In this document: positions 38,406-52,142 of the stretch, one piece after another
Numbering within the stretch: the stretch's first letter is position 1
How the letters are laid out: every line of letters begins with the position of its first letter
NCBI GenBank assembly: GCA_002633005.1
Contig: NMRA01000692.1
Coordinates: 11,933 to 75,932, forward strand
Origin: Phoronis australis
Taxonomy: Eukaryota > Animalia > Phoronida
DNA length: 64,000 nucleotides
Direction of reading: 5' to 3'
Made by a program: the position numbers and the translations under genes
Notes under the pieces: generated by a model
What the model was told of the DNA's origin: nothing
Databases searched by the model: none
Seen by the model: the letters and a program-made list of their open reading frames with translations, nothing else

Positions 38406-41400
38406 ATATTAGCGTGAATGTGCTACATGTATCTAAACGGATTTTAATCAACTTAACACGATTTTAGAATATTTATTTATGGCGCTCATAACAGCGTTTC
38501 TTGTCCGTTTTTGTTATGCGGGGTATAACACCAATAGGTGGAGCGTGACTTCACTTTTCTGTACGCTGCGTAGAGTGGGCGTGATACGAGCACCGGACAA
38601 GCGCAGAAGATCGGTCAGCCTTTTTGTTTCGAATTATACAAAAACATTACAATAGCAGTGTCCTCTCCTCCACAAATCCCGCTTTATGTGTTGACTCCTG
38701 GATCTCCCAACTAACCCCTACATTCGAAATTCTGCATTGCAGTGATGCACAAGAGTGTTGCAGTGCGACTATAATTATTTGTAGAAATCTATGTATTAAT
38801 TTGTTTATCTACTTCATTCAGGGATTTAGCAGACACGTGCAAAAGATGAAGGAGATTCAATGTGTTAAATCATAGAACTTTGTGATAAAACGGCGATAAA
38901 CTGTTATTTTGTCTGCAAAACAAATGGAAAAAAACTCTCTCTGAACATTTAAATTGGAGAAGTGTCTTTCGAAATAAGCGAGTTACAAAGTGGCCTATAT
39001 AAACTGACCTATATATGCAAAACTAAATCCATAAATCTTTTTTGTGTTGCATACTATCTGCGAGGTACACATTTCTCGACCAGAAATGGCCTCGTTGCGG
39101 CCTAGTGTGAAAAACCGTGAAAATTGGATTCACTGATAGGCCGGTTATGACAACTAGTTGTAAATACCATTGACTAAATTCAGAACAAATTATGACGATG
39201 GTGATACGAAACGTTTGAAATGAATTTATAAGCAATGTACCAAGGGAAAAATGGCCCTCCTCAGAGAAACAAAAAAATACTAAAAAGTAGAAGATGAGAC
39301 AAAAGTCCACTAACAAGGCAGGAAATACCAAAATTCGACGAATGCAAAATTCAGTTCTACTCCATAAATCTTAGTAAAAGTTGCACGTTCTCAAAAATTC
39401 GAGACGGATGACGTGTCCAAACTAGTGGCCACACCCATTTTCCCCACAAGTTGAAGCGTTTTCAGGCATGATAAAATTTGCTGTTGTTTTTTGTAAATAT
39501 ATGTCCATGAAAACGTTATGTCATGGTATATTACGTCATCCTTAAAAAAATCTGAAATGAGTTTCTAAACATTTGTAAAGATTAATGATGACTCGAATTT
39601 CTGCAGAGAATGCGACACACAGCTACTTAAAATTCATGATTTGTCTAAAATAGACTTGAAAGTTATCTTTTTCGTCTAATTAACCGCAAACTTTACGCGC
39701 TATAAATCACGCTTCCGTTACCAGAAAGAGTTATAAAAGTTAAACCGACACCCAAACTTCACGCCTCTGAGTCAACGACCATTACTCTGTCCGACAATTT
39801 TGGTGTCAGGTCCGTTTAATGTGGTGTTTAACTGTACAATAGAGCGCATACCATATGAATGCTGATCGCCGACTCTATTGTCATAAAATCGTATTAATAT
39901 CAACCAACACAACTGAAGTCAATAAGTCTGGGACATACAAACCAAATCCTATTATCTCGAAGGGTAAAATTCCGCGGAATTCTATTGTACTTTTCATGGT
40001 TTTTCACGCGAAACTGAGGAGTAAAGCCACTGAAATGCTAAAAGTTGTGTCGTTGAATGAAGACGTTTAAACGTTAATTACTGCCTACATGTTTTTTGAT
40101 ATTGCGCTGAGAATTGATTGTTTCAACCTTTGACCTCGCATACGATTTCAAGGTAGGCGGTGACAAAGCTTGTAACTTCATTTACTTTCTTTGCTTCTTC
40201 ATTACGTGGAAGCGCAGCCCTTCAAATTTCCCGACACGTGGCTCCACCTATAAATGAGTACCCCAGAAAATGGTCTTATCGGGTGATTACTGAGAGATTA
40301 TGATCGGGAACGCAGACTGGGTGTAGGCGTCAACATTCACCAATTGGTTATATTGTATGAAGCGAAAAAAATCACCCATTTGCTAGAAATTAATTTGAAT
40401 GGAATTAAATCGGCGAGATTGACCAAGCAACGCCCGGTATGTCCCCGATGAGGGTGATCTCTCGGAAATTTCAGAAACAATGTTACATATAGTAGAGGTG
40501 GTTGATTTGGACATAAAGAAACACTATCTTCTGTAATGTAATTTTAGAAATGAATCGCAAGTGAGACATTTTTGTTTTTAGGCAGTGTACCCAGAGTTCT
40601 AGTAATCAGTAATTCGCCCAAATAAGATTGCAAAATAATACGCTAATGTTAAGGGAAACGCCAACGCAGAGGGATTGCCCTATCACCCACGAGACGTTAG
40701 ATGGCACTGAACAGTTAAAACGTAGACTCAGGCAATTTGCGCAGCCTAGAAATTCAAGGTTTTGGGATAGGCCAGGTCTGACAGCCATTTGTAGTGGGCA
40801 TTACTAGAAGGCTCAGTGAATTCGTTTTTCTTGTGTTAGTAAACATGTTGAGAGTGAGAAAAGTCCACTAGCTCTAACTGTTGGTACTGTTTTCTTCAAA
40901 ATAGCCCAAATTGTTGTATTTCTTTGTCGCAATTGTGAAATCTGCTGCGTAGCCTTCAACAAAAATATTTAGTTTGATGGCAGCAATTATGTCTAGGATT
41001 TGCAAGGGAGTGGTAGTTTTCGGCTGAAAACTGTCAATTTTGCATTTCGCCAACTTTTATCGGAAGCCTAGCTTCATTTTTAGGTGGAAATAAACAGGTC
41101 AAAAATATGAGACATCATCAAGTTTCTGTGGTAATGTAGAGCGATTTTGATATGAAACAACTCATGCATAACTTTTCATTTCGTTCACAGAATGTTCGAC
41201 AGACAGGAAGTAAGTCAATTCCGGTGTCTTGTGCACTGTCAATCGGGTGACGTGTGCACTGCTAGTCGGGTGACGTGTACACTGCCAGTTGAGTAAATCC
41301 CAAGAAGAATTGTAGAGCGCCTTTTTACTTAAAACATCAAGCTACATATCAGAATCAGGCTCTGAGGTAACAACAAAAGAATATCTAGCAATGCGTCTTT

Positions 41401-44400
41401 TGTTCTTGACTGGAATTTTGTTGCGTGAACTTGAACACTTGAAAACTCTTGTAAATACGCCTCAGGCTGTCAAAAATAATTTCCAACTAAAGCCCCTTAA
41501 ATATGTTCTTTCCACTTCATTTTAGTTAAAAACATGATAAAACAGATTTTAACTCAAATTAGTTCAGTTTTAACTTTTGAGCCCAAATTATGCTCATTCA
41601 ATATAACTCCAAATAATTATTTTCAAACTTTATTTGAAATTTTTGGTTAAGTTGAGATTTAATGACATCTTGGCCCATTTTGCATGTACAGTAGTCACGT
41701 GTCAATTATGTAAATCGACCCCGCTTTAGGCCCTTTGTGACCTTGTCCCAAAAGAGCCGACCGCCACGAGGTTGATGGGGGCTCTTTCGGAAATCCCAAG
41801 TACGCATGTCGTTTTCGATCTAAGGGTTATCGATGAGTATCAGTCGCTGACGATTATTGTATCATAAGCTTCAGACACGTGTATTTAACAAAAATGTCTT
41901 GGCAATAAAGTAAGTCACTCTAAATTCAAAAACGTCTTATCTTTTGCAATTTTATCGCATAAAAATATTATGAATTGAGATGGTAAAAATACGTTACTGG
42001 TGTAAAAAGGTACAGCACCTTACCTTGGTTTCAGAAAAGGGTTCACTTCCCGGCTACTCGTCAAAAGGAGAATCGCCAACATGTGCAGGCGTATACCTTT
42101 ATCCATCTTACCGTATGGTGTCGCTAGCACGGGATCTATCACAAATCTTTTTCTACTAATAACGGCTTTGTTGCGATCGATGACGGGAACTTTTCCCCAG
42201 TCGACATATCGAGGAGGCTAAACACACAAATCTAATTCGTTCTTTTGTTCCTTCAACTACAACCTATCAAACGATGAACTGTGAATTATCGCCGCGTTTC
42301 GTCGCTTCTCGGTGGCAGGGAGGAGATAAAATATTATTTACACCTCTGGCAGATAACGATAATTTATGAATGGTAATTCGAAAATTTGGCTAAGTTAACA
42401 TAGTGACGTATTTGTGGAATACTAGAAAAACAATTGTTTTACTATGAGTTCATTATATCCTGTTAAACAAAGTGTCGTCTTAATTATTTTACAACTTCAA
42501 ATCTAGTGATAGCGGCTCGCAAGATAGATGCTGTTGATATTACATCCAGTTTGCTTTAGCTTTGGTCCAGATTTAACATATTTTTACGTGGTAGTAAGGG
42601 AAAAAGGTTGTAACAATGCGGTCGGTTCATCCATGTATCATTGTTCGGTCTTACCAATGTGCGCCAAGAAGAATGTCAACTGTCATTTTGTTGAGACAAA
42701 CGCAACTTCAGATGAAATTTACAGCATTTTTATCGGCAAAACTTCTGCGATAGTGTAGTTTTTATTACCCTTATGTTATCATTAGACGGTCGGGCACTCC
42801 TCTCCCTCATAAGACAGTGCGGGTAACGAGAAGAACGAACAGAACAAGTTGTGGTCCCTATATTTTGTCACAATAGACACAGATTAAATAAGACAATTCA
42901 TGCGCGCACCCAGCCTAAAATGGGAGTCTTGAATTTTTTGAGAGTGTGGACGTTTTACGGGGTACGTTTTGCCCACTTCGCCAAATGGGGTGCTCGTTGA
43001 GACCTCCCTGGGTGCTCGCAAGGAGTGTACGTAGAATTGTACTAAACTCCTTGGCGTGCGCACATGTAACTATCACAATTTAATCCACTAAAAGCGAGTA
43101 TTATCTTGACTTCCTGTTTACATGTACGTGTTTGTATATGAGTATTAATTCTCCATGTGAACGGTCAATAACCTCGGCAGACGCACTACTTCCTGGAACA
43201 ACATATATTTCGTCTTTGCTTCTGGCACAGTTAGGACGGACTCCAACACCATTTATAGGCCTAACCACGAAATATCGACGACCGGTTTCAAGTCTTACCC
43301 TCTTTTTACATACTGTATTACTATCAAGACCGCGTAGGAATACAGTGATAAGGAAATAAAAAATGGCGTCGTCAATAACTCATGAATCTGGAGGCTGTCA
43401 ATTCAAATCTGAAAAACAGGGACATCATCGGCGTGTTTCCGCGCGCATTCAAACCTGTAACCCCTGCGATAGCAACCCAATGCTCTGCTGGAGGAATTAA
43501 ATCCCACTCGGCGGTAAATGACTGGAAATTTTAATCGTACCTATCTCTTGAGTTCACCGCCCTAGATTTAAGAGAGTGTCTGGCACACAATGACGAGAAC
43601 TTGCGTTTTGAAATACAGTAACAAAAACTCGCCGTATTTTGTTGTTTCATAGATCTGGTCAAAATTGAACTTCACCAAGAAGTCTATCCCAACGACTGTT
43701 TTTTCGGAGGTAAATCTTATAATATCTATTAATGTTTTAAAATGACCATTAATTAGAAGTAATTTTGAAAATTGTGCTAAAAAAATTTTCACCGATAGAA
43801 AGCGCTTCATTACACTCTACCAGGGTAGAGTTCCGAGTCAGTAAAGCTAGTACTTCGATGGGACGTCGAAAGACGAAAGAAAAGCAAGACTGCGCGAGAT
43901 TACGCAAGATATTGCCGTGTATTTTAAATGAGAACACATGCTTTGGCTAGATTTTTCTACACGCGAGACAACAGGTGCGAGTTCCGTAGCGGCGAAAACG
44001 CTAGATCACGCAAGACTGCGAGATATAATCATGAATTACAAGTGAAGCATATGTGAGTGTCAGCGCTAATATTGGAGAGATTCTTGTGCCCTCGGAATTC
44101 ACTCCAGTAGCAGGACGTACTGGCCGCGCCTACAAGAACATAATCAATGTTATGACTATCCTACGTGGTGAATACTGATCGTCGTACTACGATAGTAAAA
44201 ATATTTTATTAAAGCCGCTAAAAGGTTGTTTTACATCGAGTTATTGATAAGAAGTACAGTGCAATAACAAAATAAAAAGAATTGCATTAATTAATTCGCA
44301 ATACCCTTTTAAAGGAATGAAAAGTGAGTAACAGTTGCGTACATAACACGGTGCGAAATAAGGACGTGAATAGTGCTCCGACACGGATATGTTCATGTTG

Positions 44401-44799
44401 CACAAGCTGGTCGAGCACACCTACTTTGCTAAATGATTTAAGCCCAGGACAATAATCTACAGATTGGTCACATCACGTGACCTATGATCATGTCTAAAAA
44501 GATTTCTTTCCGACCGGGGCTGGAACCCGTTAGGCCCTATAACGTCACAATTATATACAGTAACCAATGTCGTAGCCACGGCAGTTCAAGCACAACTGAA
44601 AAGATATAATCAATGGAGTTGGATATACTTTTCCTTTAAGCGTTATCAAAAAACGCTTGCTCCCTTGGTTTCGTTCTTAGCATGTCAACCTTTAACAACA
44701 AGAGGAACGCGGAGCGTTAAAATGCGCCCATCACTGCCCCGCAAACGGTGTGCTTCTGATGGTGTTTATTTGTGTCATAAAAATGGCCATTAGAAGGGA

Positions 44800-46440
44800 C
44801 AGAATACATTGAACCCATTCAAAAATGGGAAGGTCTCGTCGTCACTCAAAACAATTTGCCAAAATTTCATAAAAATCCGTCAAAGAACTCCAAAGAAACA
44901 AAGGCAAACGTAAAAAATAACAAACTGTCATTAGGAACCATAGCTGTAGTCGAATCCGTAACTCTGCTGTTAAGTTAGTAGGGAAACAATTGCAAAAAAA
45001 TCAAATTACGTATCTTGCGATACGAAAAAAATGTCACTAGGGGGCACCGCAGTAGTTGGACCACGTCAGTCATGCTCTTGTCAGTGAGGACCATATCTCT
45101 CAATTTTCATAATGATCCTCTACGTGGTTTGGCAGATACAGAATCAGACGACAAAAATAGACCAAAAAATAATTAAAATAGCCACTAGTTGGTACACAAT
45201 TTGTCAAATCCATCACAAAAAGAAAAGGTGCCGTCACATGTTGCCATCTCCGTAGGAAAATATTAGCAAAATTTCAGGGTGAAGGAAATTGCCATTAGCG
45301 AGTGCCAGAGTGGTTGAACACGTTCAAATATCAAAGTAAGCCTTGGTTTTTGCCCAGGAACACATTTCCAATTTCTAATAATAATCCTTCAAGCGGTTTG
45401 TTGGATGGAGAGGGTGCTGTCAAAAACGTACTAAAAAATAAATGGCCACCGAGTGGCGAAGAATACGTCAAATCCGCCCAAAATGAGAATTCGACGTTAT
45501 CTCCTTAACAGTAGCCGATTTGCAAAATTGTGCGACAATAAAACGGCCGCCATTCGTCAAATCTATCCGAAAACAGAAATGTATTTCAAAGATACGCAGG
45601 AAAACGAAAAACTTTGCCACTAGGGGGCAGAGCTGAAGTCGGATCAATCCAAACGTCGTCGTCCGTTGTCAACTTCATATAAAAATAACTTGCCAAATTT
45701 AATAAATATCCTGCAGACGGTTTGAGAGATACAGATGTGGTCGCAAAAAACTGCCACAGTAGTCCGAATCATCCGAAAATTATCAGCCGTCCTTTTCACA
45801 ATAAAAACGTAAACGCCAATTTGAGTCAAAATCCTCCTTAGGGTGGCTTGGTTGATAGAGGAACGAACGCCAAAACAGACTATAATGCGGTAAAAGTGGC
45901 CACCAGAGTGTGCAAAATACGTCGAATTCATCCGAAAACGGATATATGTCATCGTTCCTATAAAAATCCGTCAAGGAACTTCAAAGAAACAGCAGAAAAC
46001 GGAGAAAAATGAAATCGCCAGTAGGCGGCACAGCGTTCGTCCGAAAAAGTAGAAAACGATCCAAAAGACCACTAAAAATGCAAGAACTACCAAAATTCGA
46101 CGAATGCACAATTCATAGCCCTGAACGTACCCCGTTTTTTAATAAAAGGTTCACATACTCCCTTCCCCCAATTTTTAGGCTGGGTGGGCGCATGTAATAC
46201 ATGCTCATTTGCCAAATTTTATAAACATCCGTTGAGGACAGGGGAAAAACGTAAAAAAACCTAAAATTTCCACAAGGGGACACACTGGTAGTCGGATCCG
46301 TCCAAAAGTTTGCTCACGCCGTCCCATCCATTAAAGGAATATATGTGCACAATTTTATGAACATCATACATCAAAGGGGTTTGGAGATACAGCAGGGGGC
46401 GCTGGACGCCGGTCGGATAGGGATGGCGGCATAATGCGCT
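44800..46440. repeat. Modular interspersed repeat, long copy
   Basis: Recurrent cactagggggc and aaatttcat-type subunits; homologous to 600-1310. Confidence 0.7.
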
Positions 46441-47525
46441 CACATATACATAGACACGTGGACACATAAAATGCTCTTCTAAAAACAACATCAATCATCG
46501 AATAAATAAAGCGTAGGTTGCTTGGTATCTTGGCATTAACTTTCCGCCGTAGTTTCCATGAAACCAGACATGCGCATTCACTGTTTCTCGCAATAAGCAG
46601 CTAAAATCTGTCGCGCATTAAAGGTCCGCGATAAGTCTAACAAACAGACGTGACATTGCTCCCTCGCCAGGCGGTTACTTTGAGTATCGATGGTGTTTTT
46701 GTATCTTTTTCCTCAGCAGGTCGATATCTAACATCCGTTTGGTCTCTTGATCACATTAGCTTCAGTTACTGATGAAGAAAAACTCTCTCGTGTGATGTCG
46801 ATCACAGCAAAACCTCGATAGGGGTAGGTAACCTATTGAAAGGAGGCGTCAACATAATGACTTCCCCCCGTGAAATAGCTCAACAGACACGCCCAGTCCG
46901 TCTTGTCCAGTCCACTCGTTAGGGCGTTCGTGCTTCGCATTTTGTCATTTGAGTCCGATTGCTCATCATGTAGCCACAGTATGTGGTAGGTCTTATGAAG
47001 ACCAGCGTGTATGAACGTATTATTTATCACTTCATGTAATAAGCTTGGTGTAAATAGAGAGATAATTTAGTCCAGCGGTTACTCCAGCTTAATGATACTA
47101 GAAACTTAGATATCTTTATTCCAATAAAACAACCTCGTTGAGAAAGTTCCAGCTCTTGTACAGTCGTTGTTCAGTCACACCAAAGACGTTCTTTGTATGT
47201 TAAGATCATCCAAGCTCGTTTTAATGTCTTGAAGGTACGGGCTTGGTACAGGGGGAACAAACAACTTTGGTCCGTGAGCGGAACGTGCCGCTTGTGGGGA
47301 CTATAAGGAATAATGTGGAGAACAAGGGTTGGTCTGTCTGCAAGCATTCAAAGACGGAGAAGATAATCCGGGATGAATGTGCGTCCGAAAGATGGGAATA
47401 GTGTGCCCAAGAGAAAAATTTTGTACACGAGCAGATCCAACCAGCTCAAGATCAAGGATATCCAAGGTGTCCTGAAATTTTGACGAGATTAACGAAATTG
47501 ACCACTGTGTTAAGATTTCCTTGGT

Positions 47526-49554
47526 CTATAAATGGGCTGTATCCGTCTTGGAGGAATTTACCCCGGCGCTTTCGTAGTTCTGAGGCATTTCCGGTACAGT
47601 GGTGATCGGCGATTCGTAGGTTTGTGGAGGATACTGGCCTTGGTTCACGTTGATTGGAGCAGTGTACGGAGCCTGATGGTACTGCCCCGGAGTGTACGGG
47701 GTTGCCACGGGAGCTGTAGTCATTGACTGTTGAGGCAGCATTGGTTGAAACGCTATGTGTGAAAGAATACAGAAATTAATTTTGATGGAGCATAATGTTA
47801 GACATAGTTGAAGTTATGCAACAGACCAAGAGATGAATGAAAATAACTGCAGTGCTTACAAAATTATCGCACTCAGCTTACTTATATATTTGAATGAATA
47901 TTCTGTGATGCTCGTCACTTTTCTAAAGTTTGTAACACTATTGACAGTTTCTGTTAAGAGTTGCTAACTGGAAAAGGCACGAACTTATGTTTCTGCGGCA
48001 GGAAAGCGGACACATTGCATGATGGGAGTTCAAGTTTGACTTACAGTATACAACTTAAAGTGGACACATTGCATGACTGGAGTTCAAGTTTGGCTTACAG
48101 TCCACAACTTAAAGCGCACTCATTGCATGATGGGAATTCAAGTTTAGTTTGGCTTACAATCCACAACTAAAAGTGGACACATTGCATGATTGGAGTTCAA
48201 GTTAAATCTGCAACAAACACAACCCCTGTCAAAAAATTGTATTTATATTTATATTTAATCCAGTAACAGCTATAAAATTAATTCCGACAGGTTAGAAGTG
48301 ATATCTTAGGTTAGAAGTGATATCTTAGGTTAGAAGTGATATCTTAGGTTAGAAATGATATTTTAGGTTTAAAATTATTGTCTGACGCCATACTCGGGCA
48401 TAAAACAAAAATGACGTCATGTTCCTCCCAATCCCACCAATCCTATTTTATAACAATAAATGGACTGAACCGAAAGTTAGGTTTTGTCGGAAGGTGAGTT
48501 TAGTAGCGGTTAAAAACTGCATTAAGAACTTTCATTTGGCAAGTCGCAACAAAATGTGTACTCGAGATGGTTCATCTAAAGCGGCTGGTCGTGTTTTTTA
48601 TTCAAAATTTCAACGATTCTTGGAAGGATTTGCATGGCCTTAATGACTGACTTGAAAACAAAGTCATGATTGCAACGAATTAAAACCAATTGGGAAAATA
48701 GAAGTGTTCACTCGCATAATTCATTTGAGCAATATACCTACCGCTTGGTTGTGGCGCACGAACAACTGCCCCACCTGAGGCACCACGCCTGCGCCCAGAG
48801 CGTACGACGAGGAAAAAGATGCAAATGGGGATTCCAATTAACAAACCCAGCGCGAGAATTCCACCTACGATAGCGCCTATTATGACTGCTGTAAAATGAC
48901 CGCGATATTCAGGCGCAGATATAGAAGGCGACGGACTTGGGGAGACATCTTCTGACACAGAAACTGATATCCTGACGTCAAAGCCGTTTCCACACGTTGT
49001 AGGGCCGTGTTTTTTGTGACAGCTCGTTTTGTTGAGAAAGACCACGGCGTAGCGTTGAGTGGTGTAGAAAGACTTAAGATAGGTGTTGTATTTGGATACG
49101 GAGAACTGTAATTAATAACATAATATTATGTTAATGCTGATATTTTTAAAATGGAATCTGTTGAATGAAACAACACTAGGAAAATAGTAAAAATAGAAAA
49201 ACATAGACTGATGTAGTGACAATATGTCTATTCAAAATCTTTTATGTTAAATCAAAACACCAACCATGAGTCACAGGCAGACTGGGGTCAGAGGTCATGT
49301 AAAACCGAACAGGAATGTTTCCTCAGAAGCTAATGAACTTGAACTGCAAGACCCGTGGAGGGCTTTAAAGTAGTCTACAGTTTGTTAGATCTTTATCACT
49401 TTTACTTTTCATCCTTTCGGAGTTAAGTTTGACTTACTGACCTTGTAATAACTTGGTATGGCCACTTTGCCATCATACAAGGACACGTTTATTCCAGAAT
49501 ATGTAAATTTTGCCTTAGAGACGCTCACATGAAGTTTGCCGCTAGTGCCATAAT
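47526..49554 (-). CDS. Single-pass membrane protein, 3' exons: divergent CUB-like ectodomain end, Ser/Pro linker, TM helix, Pro/Tyr/Gln-rich cytoplasmic tail
   Basis: In-phase exons 49442-49554, 48742-49105, 47526-47752. TM AVIIGAIVGGILALGLLIGIPICIFFLVV is followed by RSGRRR; VSLYDG and GNGFDV resemble CUB strands. AATAAA (minus strand) at 47115-47120. Upstream exon-like segments (50255-51268, 52690-52770) contain stops. Confidence 0.65.
48007..48202. repeat. ~53-bp tandem repeat, about 3.5 units
   Basis: ggacacattgcatga..ggagttcaagttt..cttaca..caactta. Confidence 0.85.
48288..48368. repeat. 19-bp tandem repeat
   Basis: aggttagaagtgatatctt x4. Confidence 0.9.
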
Positions 49555-49860
49555 CTGAAATAAGACAATGTTATTAATGAAAATTGAACTGTACGTTTAG
49601 AATTTTTGTAGCTTCAGGTTCTCGGAATCGCGTGAGGTGCCGAGATGATATCAATCACTCAAAATAGTTCAAAGGATATACAGGAGATATTTTATAAATT
49701 GAGTGCCGATTGTGTTTGACTTTACGAAACTGTGTCTTGATTACCATACCTGCGTACACTGGCAAGCCACACAACGGTTTTGTAGACTTATCACTACCAC
49801 GAGCACCCGCTTCTCCGGCAAATATCACAGTCTTTTCACCTTTTTTAATGCGAAGTCCAG

Positions 49861-51057
49861 GTTGACTGCATAGTGACGTGGAATCCATGTCGCCTGAAAT
49901 AGATTGACCAATACCTCTCAACCTCGGTTCAAAATCTAAAAGGCAAATTCTCAACCAGGCCACTTAATCCTTTGCAATATGTCTCGTTACAGAAAACTAT
50001 TCTCATCACCCTAACATCAACAGCGGTATAAAAATGACAATGGAATGTAAGAAAGCCCGGAACGCGGGTTTAAAAAACCTCTTTGCCGAATTTTATATTA
50101 GGCAGAACCCTTTGTTGCAGTTGGGTGTAGATCTTCACATGGTTGCGGCGGATGTCTAGATAAATACGTACAGTTTAAATAACGAAGTTTCGAAATTTTT
50201 CACATAAATCAATGCCTGATTCGTCAGATACGTAAGCAATACGGAACAACTTACTGTCATTAAAATGTAAATCAATCAGAGATATCGCGTTATCATAGAA
50301 GTTCATAGGTGGCTCCACCATCTTGTGTGGAAGTGGGTCATACTTTCCTCAACATTTCAAGAGACTATCAAACGTTATTTCTAATCAACTTACGATAAGT
50401 TACCGCCGTTGCCACGGTTACGACAAAAGAAATCGATAAACATTTCCCAAGGTCCATCACTGNGTTGACTGCATAGTGACGTGGAATCCATGTCGCCTGA
50501 AATAGATTGACCAATACCTCTCAACCTCGGTTCAAAATCTAAAAGGCAAATTCTCAACTTAATCCTTTGCAATATGTCTCGTTACAGAAAACTATTCTCA
50601 TCACCCTAACATCAACAGCGGTATAAAAATGACAATGGAATGTAAGAAAGCCCGGAACGCGGGTTTAAAAAACCTCTTTGCCGAATTTTATATTAGGCAA
50701 AACCCTTTGTTGCAGTTGGGTGTAGATCTTCACATGGTTGCGGCGGATGTCTAGATAAATACGTACAGTTTAAATAACGAAGTTTCGAAATTTTTCACAT
50801 AAATCAATGCCTGATTCGTCAGATACGTAAGCAATACGGAACAACTTACTGTCATTAAAATGTAAATCAATCAGAGATATCGCGTTATCATAGAAGTTCA
50901 TAGGTGGCTCCACCATCTTGTGTGGAAGTGGGTCATACTTTCCTCAACATTTCAAGAGACTATCAAACGTTATTTCTAATCAACTTACGATAAGTTACCG
51001 CCGTTGCCACGGTTACGACAAAAGAAATCGATAAACATTTCCCAAGGTCCATCACTG
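49861..51057. repeat. Near-exact ~600-bp tandem duplication joined by a single N
   Basis: 49861-50462 versus 50464-51057; I see one 8-bp indel and one SNP between them. Confidence 0.92.
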
Positions 51058-51409
51058 AAGTTTTCTGAAAAGATTAATAATATCTCCATTTCTACATGTC
51101 GAAAGTTCACAAATTTCACATCAATTGTTACCCACAATGCATTTTGTGCTTTCACCAACAACTTGAATGTGTGTAGAATTACTATTCACCAACGAGAACC
51201 AGTCGTGCTGCAAGTTGAATGTATGTACTATTATAATGAGGTGATTTGCATGCCATTCTAAGCTTGCACTAAAACAAAGTTTCGTCAAAGAAATTGCTGT
51301 CTTTTGATTTTGGACAACTTGCCGCCGAGCCTGTCTCAACCAATAGCGAACAGCCAGTTCTTGCAAGCATGATTAATGAAGGAGCGTGCTGGGTGGTTCA
51401 AGCCAATAG

Positions 51410-52142
51410 AGAATCCTACACTCGTCTCATGTTTATGACATGGGCAAAACCTCATGGAAATTTCGTCAAAGTCACGAAAATTGCCGATAGATTTTGACAA
51501 AATTTCTAAATGTTTTGCCCATGTCATAAACCTGAGACGAGAGTAGGATTTGCTTTCTCACATAAATCGTAAAAACGATCTTTTTTGCCGAAAAACTCGA
51601 CGTATCTAAAACTTTCAACCACATGACGCTTGTGCATTGTAAAGTAAACTCAGTTACTTTTTGTTAATAGTCTTATTTTAAACTTAACAATTGCAAATTG
51701 CATTCAGCTTTCGTAACGTTTTCTCACATGACCTGGAATGTGTTACGACACGACTGGTTAATAACAGCGAGTAGCCTACATAATTTTTATATTACGCGGG
51801 CGAGTCACAAAGTAGTGCAAATTAGAAATCCATACGCCTTACATTTTATCGTCTGCAAGACACTAATACCAAGGAGTGTAGTACTATTACTTAACATTGC
51901 GTAAGCGTGCTTCTAGAAAAGTTGCGTCATGCGGTTGAAAGTTTAGACACGTCGAGTTTTTCGGCAAAAAGGTACTTTTTACAGTTCATGTGAGAAAACA
52001 AATCCTACTCTCGTCTCAGGTTTATGACATGGGCAAAACATTTTAGAAATTTCGTAAAAATCCATCTGCAATTCTTGGGATTTTGACGAAATTTCCAAGA
52101 GGTTTTGCCCATGTCAAAAACCTGAGACGAGTGTAGGATTCT
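51410..52142. mobile_element. Foldback element with nested inverted repeats
   Basis: ~220-bp arms in inverted orientation, each containing an internal ~140-bp palindrome (aatcctac.ctcgtctca.gtttatgacatgggcaaaac). Confidence 0.8.

Noticed and set aside
43430-44540. tRNA-like box-B fragments near 43450 and 44520 (minus strand)
   Set aside because: No cloverleaf; at most decayed SINE heads.
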